From contig CAXXKA010000008.1 of assembly GCA_963668625.2 (NCBI GenBank), positions 32,001 to 96,000 on the forward strand: DNA of 64,000 nucleotides. The letters are read 5' to 3'. How positions within the stretch are numbered: position 1 is the stretch's first letter; each line of letters starts with the position of its first letter. The notes under the pieces are model-generated. The model had not been told where the DNA came from. It ran no database searches and was given only the letters and a program-made list of their open reading frames with translations. Position numbers and translations under genes: made by a program. Source of the DNA: an uncultured candidate division Zixibacteria bacterium (GTDB taxonomy: Bacteria; Zixibacteria; MSB-5A5; UBA10806; 4484-95). Shown here piece after piece: positions 59,004 to 64,000 of this stretch.

Positions 59004-60044
59004 TTACTTTTTTACCGATTCATGCAATTCAACCGGCCCAAGGTTGATCTCCTGATCTTCTGAATCCGAACGCTCTTTATACAATTTCTTGATACTCAAT
59101 CCCTCTTTAAGCGAGAATAACCATCCTAAAAGCACCGGCGGCAGATAATTGAAGAAATGCAGCACGATCGAAAAACTGAGCGCGGTCTGCTTTTCAATAC
59201 CAAACAGGCCAAGAGCGATAACACAGGCAAACTGAAACATACCGATATTCACCGGGAATATTACAATAGTAACCAGAACGGTATTTATTACCATAACAAC
59301 AACCGAACCCCATAGATCGATTTCCAGGCCAAACGCCTTAATTAGAAGAAATACCATTATTGCCTGAAAACTCCAGGATAATATCGTAAGTCCGGTTACT
59401 AAAAACAGATGCTTCCTGGAGCGAAGCATCTTGAGGCCGTAAATAAAAGTGGCCTCCATCTCTCGCATCTTCTCTCTAAATGAGTTTATCTGTTTGAATC
59501 TGCCTTCTTTTAACTCGGCGCTTGAACCTCCGTGTTTTCGAGACATCCAGAATAAAGCAACAGCCAAACCAATAACGACCAGAGCCCCGATATGCCACCA
59601 GGCTGACATGTCATCGGGTATTACATAGAATGTTGAAACAAGCACAAGCAAAAAGACAAGAACGATAGCATCAAACAATACCTCGAGTACTAAAGAAGTA
59701 AAAGCGAAAGTTTTTTTAATACCCTCTTTTTTTGAGATTAAAATAATCCGTGCTACCTGTCCGGTCAGGGCCGGCATAACAAGGTTCATCATCATACCAA
59801 TCGAGAAGGTCGAGAATATATCCCAGGTACCGATTTTCTTACCCGGATCGATAATATATTTCCATCTCTGTGAACGAGTGAAAGCGATAGCCAGCTCAGA
59901 CACGCTTAAGGGAATTAGATACCAGAAATTAATAGATTTAATTAAACCCCAGACTTCTTCGAAATTGAAATCTCGAAAAAGCCAAATAATCACCGGGAGC
60001 ACAATTATTGACGCCCAGAATCGCTTTCTTTTTAATATGGTCAA
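59004..60044 (-). CDS. Lysylphosphatidylglycerol synthase TM-like (UPF0104) putative flippase
   Basis: RSQRW, N..P...G..R, E..FD, multi-TM. Confidence 0.75.
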   Translation of the reverse strand: MTILKRKRFWASIIVLPVIIWLFRDFNFEEVWGLIKSINFWYLIPLSVSELAIAFTRSQRWKYIIDPGKKIGTWDIFSTFSIGMMMNLVMPALTGQVARIILISKKEGIKKTFAFTSLVLEVLFDAIVLVFLLVLVSTFYVIPDDMSAWWHIGALVVIGLAVALFWMSRKHGGSSAELKEGRFKQINSFREKMREMEATFIYGLKMLRSRKHLFLVTGLTILSWSFQAIMVFLLIKAFGLEIDLWGSVVVMVINTVLVTIVIFPVNIGMFQFACVIALGLFGIEKQTALSFSIVLHFFNYLPPVLLGWLFSLKEGLSIKKLYKERSDSEDQEINLGPVELHESVKK

Positions 60045-60045
60045 A

Positions 60046-60801
60046 CTATATCTCCGTCAGCAGGGAGGATCTCATCCAGCCTTTCAACCCATTGCGGAGT
60101 TCAACCAGGTAATAGCCCTGCCTTTGAGACAAAATCTTAAATTCCAGTCCCTCGTGGCCGGTGAATATCTTTCCGAAATCTTCGCCCGGTCCCTCTCTAA
60201 GCTCGGCTGAGGTCGCGGTCATCACACCCCATTTGGTGTTCTGCTCCCGATCGATCACCGAGTATGTTACGACAGATTCTAAGATAAAAACAATCCCAAG
60301 CAAGATCAACAAATAAGTATGTATCTCGCGACGACCGAACCGGAGTATATACAGAGATAAAATCCCGATTATTAGCCAGAAAACGACCATAGAAAATATG
60401 AAATGCCCCTGCGGCGAAAATAATCCGCTCAGGCCAAACCAGATATTCAGTAAAAACCCGCGAGGCTTCTCCTCGACTTTATCGACCGTGAATTGACGGG
60501 CGTATTCGAGATTCTCCCGGGCCGGATTGAACGAGGGATCGATATTTATCGCGTGACGGTAGGCGGCGATCGCCAGTCCCAGCTTATCCGATTTGAAATA
60601 AGCGTTACCCAGGTTGTGGTATACCTCGGGGGTACGTTTACCTTTTTCCAGAAGTTTCAGGTAGCCGTCCACGGCCCCGGTGTAGTCGCCCTCATCATAG
60701 GCCTTATTCGCCTGAGCCCATAAGATATCATCTCCGAGGGCCGATGAGAAAAAGGCAAATAGCAGCGAAAGCGTTAGTAAGATGAGTATATTTTTTCTCA
60801 T
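60046..60801 (-). CDS. batE: BatE-like TPR + SH3 protein
   Basis: YHNLGNAYFK, two TMs, REGPG...HEG...GW; position in the bat operon. Confidence 0.8.
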   Translation of the reverse strand: MRKNILILLTLSLLFAFFSSALGDDILWAQANKAYDEGDYTGAVDGYLKLLEKGKRTPEVYHNLGNAYFKSDKLGLAIAAYRHAINIDPSFNPARENLEYARQFTVDKVEEKPRGFLLNIWFGLSGLFSPQGHFIFSMVVFWLIIGILSLYILRFGRREIHTYLLILLGIVFILESVVTYSVIDREQNTKWGVMTATSAELREGPGEDFGKIFTGHEGLEFKILSQRQGYYLVELRNGLKGWMRSSLLTEI

Positions 60802-62651
60802 TTGAGCCCCCTGTCAAGCTCGGAAAGTAGCTGTTCGGCTTTATCATAATTTTGTTGCATCTCGGCTTGATCCGGTTTTATCGGCGAGAACCTGCCGGCA
60901 TCACAGCGCTTTAAGAACTCCTCGAAATCATCTCTGATATTTTCGCATTTGCCGGTTCGTTTCAGATGGTCGATTATCTGCAGGTTGGTCATACCGGCGG
61001 CGCTGATATTCAGTTTGTCGGAAATAAACCCGACGATGCCGTTATAGATATTACCATAAAATTTCTCCGGCGAATCGAAACCGTCGCGCGCCTCGCTTAA
61101 AGCTTTCTTGGCCGCTTTGGTAGCCATCAGACGGCGGGCATAAGCGGAATCACCCTCGAGCCGTTTGCGATAATTCACGTAAACGGTCAACCCGACTATC
61201 CAGAAAACGGGTAACAGCTGTAAAATCCACACCCAGGGAAGCTGGTACAAAGCTTTGCCGGTTTTGTTATCGGTCAAATCGGTGATAATATAGTTCAAGC
61301 TTTTTCTGGCGGCGGGTATAACATTAACAGGCATATCGCCGGGATTCATCGAGGAGATAGAGGTGGGTTTGACTCTCACCTGACCCGGTGTTTTAAATGC
61401 TGATTTGTATCTTTTCGACCAGGGATCGAAATACGAGAATTTCAATTCCGGCAGCATATACTCCCCGGCCGTCGTCGGAATCAACACCCATTCGTACGAT
61501 TTAGAACCCGAAACTTTAAAGCCCTGCTTGGAGATACTTTCATTGGCGCCGGAATCATATAAACGGAAATTATCCAGTTCGGGTATCTCTATCGCCGGCA
61601 GTTTTTTGATATTGCCATTACCGGAGATAACCGCTTTCAAGGCGATAGGCTGATCGATCTCTACAGTGTCTTTATCCACGAAGACCCGGAAATTATACGT
61701 GCCGACAGCGCCGGTGAAACTTTCGGGTTTACCATTTTCAGGCAGCTCTTTCACGTTTATAGTGATACCTTTCGTGGTAAGGTTTTTCTCGGCCAGAGAT
61801 TGCCTGGTACGCCGACGATTGAAAAAATCGAACGGATCGCGCCAGGCCTGCGGCGGTATACTCATCGTGGTCGGTTCGATACGTAACTTGCCGGCGACTG
61901 TCGGGAACAGGGCTTTTCTTATCTCGGTAACGCGATAAGCCCGTCCGCCTACTCGTTTATTTTCGGTTTTGTTCGGCGGTAAATCCTCCACCCAGAAACC
62001 GTTAAATGAAGGCCATTTGAGCGTGGGTTGTTCGTACAAATTTTCCGCTTGATAGAATTTGAATATCAGGGTTATTTGCTGGCCTACATAAGGACGGGAA
62101 TTATCCACGACCTGCTCGATGAAGAAGTCATCGGCTTTTTGTGCTTGATTGCTCTGCTGATTACTCCCGGGCGCACTTCGCCGGGATGGTGTTTGCTGAT
62201 TTTGTTGAGGTGGTTGCTGTCCGGGAAGCGAGCCTACCGCAATCTTTATCGGATCGGTGGTATATACCTTGCCTTTATGCTCGACTGTCACCGGATTTAT
62301 AGTGAACGAGCCGGTTTTGCGGGGCACGAGTATGTACGTATAATCTGTTTTATAACTGATCGAACCCGGAACGATGGATATATTGGAGCTGGTACCAGAG
62401 GAGTAAATATCGAAATCGGAGAGATCCGGCAATAAAGGCTTATCGATAGAGCGCACCGGCCCGGATACCGAGATAGTCAGCTCGATCGACTCGCCCAATC
62501 CGACATTGTTTTTATCGACACTTGCTGAAAGCTCTATATCCTGCGCCAGGGCGATACCGCATAAAGCGAGTACCAGTAACGCGCTACCAATCGCGACGAG
62601 TTTGCTGCGGTACTTTATATTTTTTAAGTTGTTCTTGTACGTTTTTTTCAT
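60798..62651 (-). CDS. batD: BatD-like protein (start revised to ATG 62651)
   Basis: ASVDKNNV.LGE, YVGQQ, GAVG.Y, G.GN, FSYFDP, C-terminal TM; signal peptide after 62651. Confidence 0.82.
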   Translation of the reverse strand: MKKTYKNNLKNIKYRSKLVAIGSALLVLALCGIALAQDIELSASVDKNNVGLGESIELTISVSGPVRSIDKPLLPDLSDFDIYSSGTSSNISIVPGSISYKTDYTYILVPRKTGSFTINPVTVEHKGKVYTTDPIKIAVGSLPGQQPPQQNQQTPSRRSAPGSNQQSNQAQKADDFFIEQVVDNSRPYVGQQITLIFKFYQAENLYEQPTLKWPSFNGFWVEDLPPNKTENKRVGGRAYRVTEIRKALFPTVAGKLRIEPTTMSIPPQAWRDPFDFFNRRRTRQSLAEKNLTTKGITINVKELPENGKPESFTGAVGTYNFRVFVDKDTVEIDQPIALKAVISGNGNIKKLPAIEIPELDNFRLYDSGANESISKQGFKVSGSKSYEWVLIPTTAGEYMLPELKFSYFDPWSKRYKSAFKTPGQVRVKPTSISSMNPGDMPVNVIPAARKSLNYIITDLTDNKTGKALYQLPWVWILQLLPVFWIVGLTVYVNYRKRLEGDSAYARRLMATKAAKKALSEARDGFDSPEKFYGNIYNGIVGFISDKLNISAAGMTNLQIIDHLKRTGKCENIRDDFEEFLKRCDAGRFSPIKPDQAEMQQNYDKAEQLLSELDRGLK

Positions 62652-63348
62652 CCTGTTTAAAAGCATCCAGAAGAGCTTTAGCCTCCTCCTCGGACATCTC
62701 ACCTTTTTTAGGTTTCGGTTTCTGCTGTTGATCTTCCTGCTTTTGCTGATCCTGCTGCTGTTGTTGCTCGTCCTGTTTCTGCTGATCGTCTTTATTTTGT
62801 TGTTGCTGTTGATCCTGGTCCTGTTGTTGCTGGTCCTGCTGATCCTGGTTCTGTTGATCTTTTTGATCCTGCTGATCCTGTTGGTCTTGCTGATCCTGGT
62901 TCTGCTGCTGTTGTTGCTGCTGCTGTTCTTCGAGTTTCTTCTGTGCCAGCTCGTAATTGAATTTAGCATCCTCGTTCGAGGGGTCAAGCATTAACGAGCT
63001 TTTAAAAGCATTAATCGCATTATTATAATCCTGCGCCTCGAATAGCGAATTCCCGAGATTGTAATACGATTCGCTCTGTAATTTACCATCGGTCAGGGAT
63101 GTTGTCTGAAGGAATTTCTCGGCTGCTTTTGCATAGTCACCGCTTTTATAAAACGAGGCGCCGGTATTGAATGAGGCTGTCGGATCCTCGGGTTTTAGCA
63201 CCTCCGCCTGACGGTAATTTTCGACCGCCTCGGAGAATTTTTCCTCCTTGTATTGATCCTCGCCCTTATTCATGTACTTTCGGTAATCATCCCCGAAAGT
63301 TACGGAGCTTATGAAAAGTATTAAAAGCGCTACAGTGTATTTATTCAT
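62584..63348 (-). CDS. batC: BatC-like TPR protein with Gln/Asp-rich linker
   Basis: YYNLGNS, DAKFNYELA, Q-rich tract, terminal RDW. Confidence 0.82.
   Translation of the reverse strand: MNKYTVALLILFISSVTFGDDYRKYMNKGEDQYKEEKFSEAVENYRQAEVLKPEDPTASFNTGASFYKSGDYAKAAEKFLQTTSLTDGKLQSESYYNLGNSLFEAQDYNNAINAFKSSLMLDPSNEDAKFNYELAQKKLEEQQQQQQQQNQDQQDQQDQQDQKDQQNQDQQDQQQQDQDQQQQQNKDDQQKQDEQQQQQDQQKQEDQQQKPKPKKGEMSEEEAKALLDAFKQDEKNVQEQLKKYKVPQQTRRDW
62720..62930 (-). repeat. Coding low-complexity CAG/CAA/GAT repeat (QQD units)
   Basis: Imperfect 9-nt periodicity encoding the BatC linker. Confidence 0.8.
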
Positions 63349-64000
63349 TTTCCCTGCGCTCCCCGATAAACAACGCCATACCGATCAGTAAAATTCCCGG
63401 AATGAGGAAATACTGAAATTTCTCCTCATATATACGACGGTAATTGCCTTCTGTCTCACCTTTTTCCATGCGTTTTATTTTCTCTATGATAGTCTGCAAC
63501 TCGCGTTCGCCCGGCGTAGCCCTGTAATAAGCGCCATCGGCTGCATCCGCGATATCGCGCAATAACGGCTCGTTCAGTTTGGAGATAACTGTCTGGCCGT
63601 TGGGATCTTTCTTGTAGCCCTCGATAGTGCCGTCGATATCCCGCGCCGGGATGGGTTCTCCCTGGGCGGTGCCAACTCCGACCGTAAATATCCTGAACTT
63701 ATCCTCGTACTTCTCGGCTGCGGCCACGGCATCGCCATCCTGCGATTCACCATCGGTGAATATCACCAGCACCTTATCGGCGTTGGTTACCTCGGTGAAA
63801 CTTCCGGCGGCTTTCTCGATCGCCCGCTCGAGGTTGGTACCGGTATCGGAAATTATCCCCACTTTGGCAACATCGAGAGACATGCGAAAAGCGCTGTGAT
63901 CGACAGTTAACGGGCTTTGGATGACCGGCACTCCGGAGAACAGAATCAAGCCGATGCTCTCGCCGGCGAGGTTGGAAACCAGGCTGATAATTTCACGCTT
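63341..64000 (-). CDS. batB: BatB-like VWA protein, partial (start lies beyond the window)
   Basis: Frame open to 64000; PLTVD, GT, TDGE, FTVGVGT..GEPIP, EKFQYFL. Confidence 0.82.
   Translation of the reverse strand, partial: KREIISLVSNLAGESIGLILFSGVPVIQSPLTVDHSAFRMSLDVAKVGIISDTGTNLERAIEKAAGSFTEVTNADKVLVIFTDGESQDGDAVAAAEKYEDKFRIFTVGVGTAQGEPIPARDIDGTIEGYKKDPNGQTVISKLNEPLLRDIADAADGAYYRATPGERELQTIIEKIKRMEKGETEGNYRRIYEEKFQYFLIPGILLIGMALFIGERRENE

Noticed and set aside
62720-62930. Possible CRISPR or VNTR array
   Set aside because: Coding low-complexity sequence without repeat-spacer structure, and no cas genes
62652-62994. N-terminal extension of the 729-aa BatD ORF and a Leu-rich plus-strand ORF; possible dual coding or frameshift
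   Set aside because: Stop-free alternate frames are expected from the CAG/CAA-rich batC linker; the BatD signal peptide follows ATG 62651

Overview
A 64 kb chromosomal segment of a diderm bacterium. Proteins with YPNPFN-type (T9SS/Por-like) C-terminal domains, a dockerin-like tail and a bat operon suggest the FCB superphylum, possibly candidate Zixibacteria (inference). Left to right: a partial secreted M14 carboxypeptidase missing from the ORF track; a GNAT; a 7-PAS hybrid histidine kinase; recC-recB-recD; a ZU5-like lipoprotein behind a candidate sigma54 promoter; a tightly coupled three-gene operon (cNMP-binding PAS histidine kinase, DUF3307 membrane protein, sAC-like tandem cyclase-STAND-TPR protein); an FmdB zinc-ribbon gene with possible Sec readthrough; a PHP + ATP-grasp pair; secreted ZU5/L-domain and beta-helix proteins; a ~16 kb Wzx-type glycan locus unusually rich in acyl-tailoring enzymes; a PAS-GAF-LuxR regulator followed by a candidate sRNA; rmlACBD; an epimerase; and batB-E. 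Three copies of a ~140 bp MITE/REP-like element are present. I saw no CRISPR array, tRNA, rRNA or transposase. The best candidate for an undescribed system is the cyclase/DUF3307/cNMP-kinase module. All family calls come from motifs recognised by eye; no searches were run.
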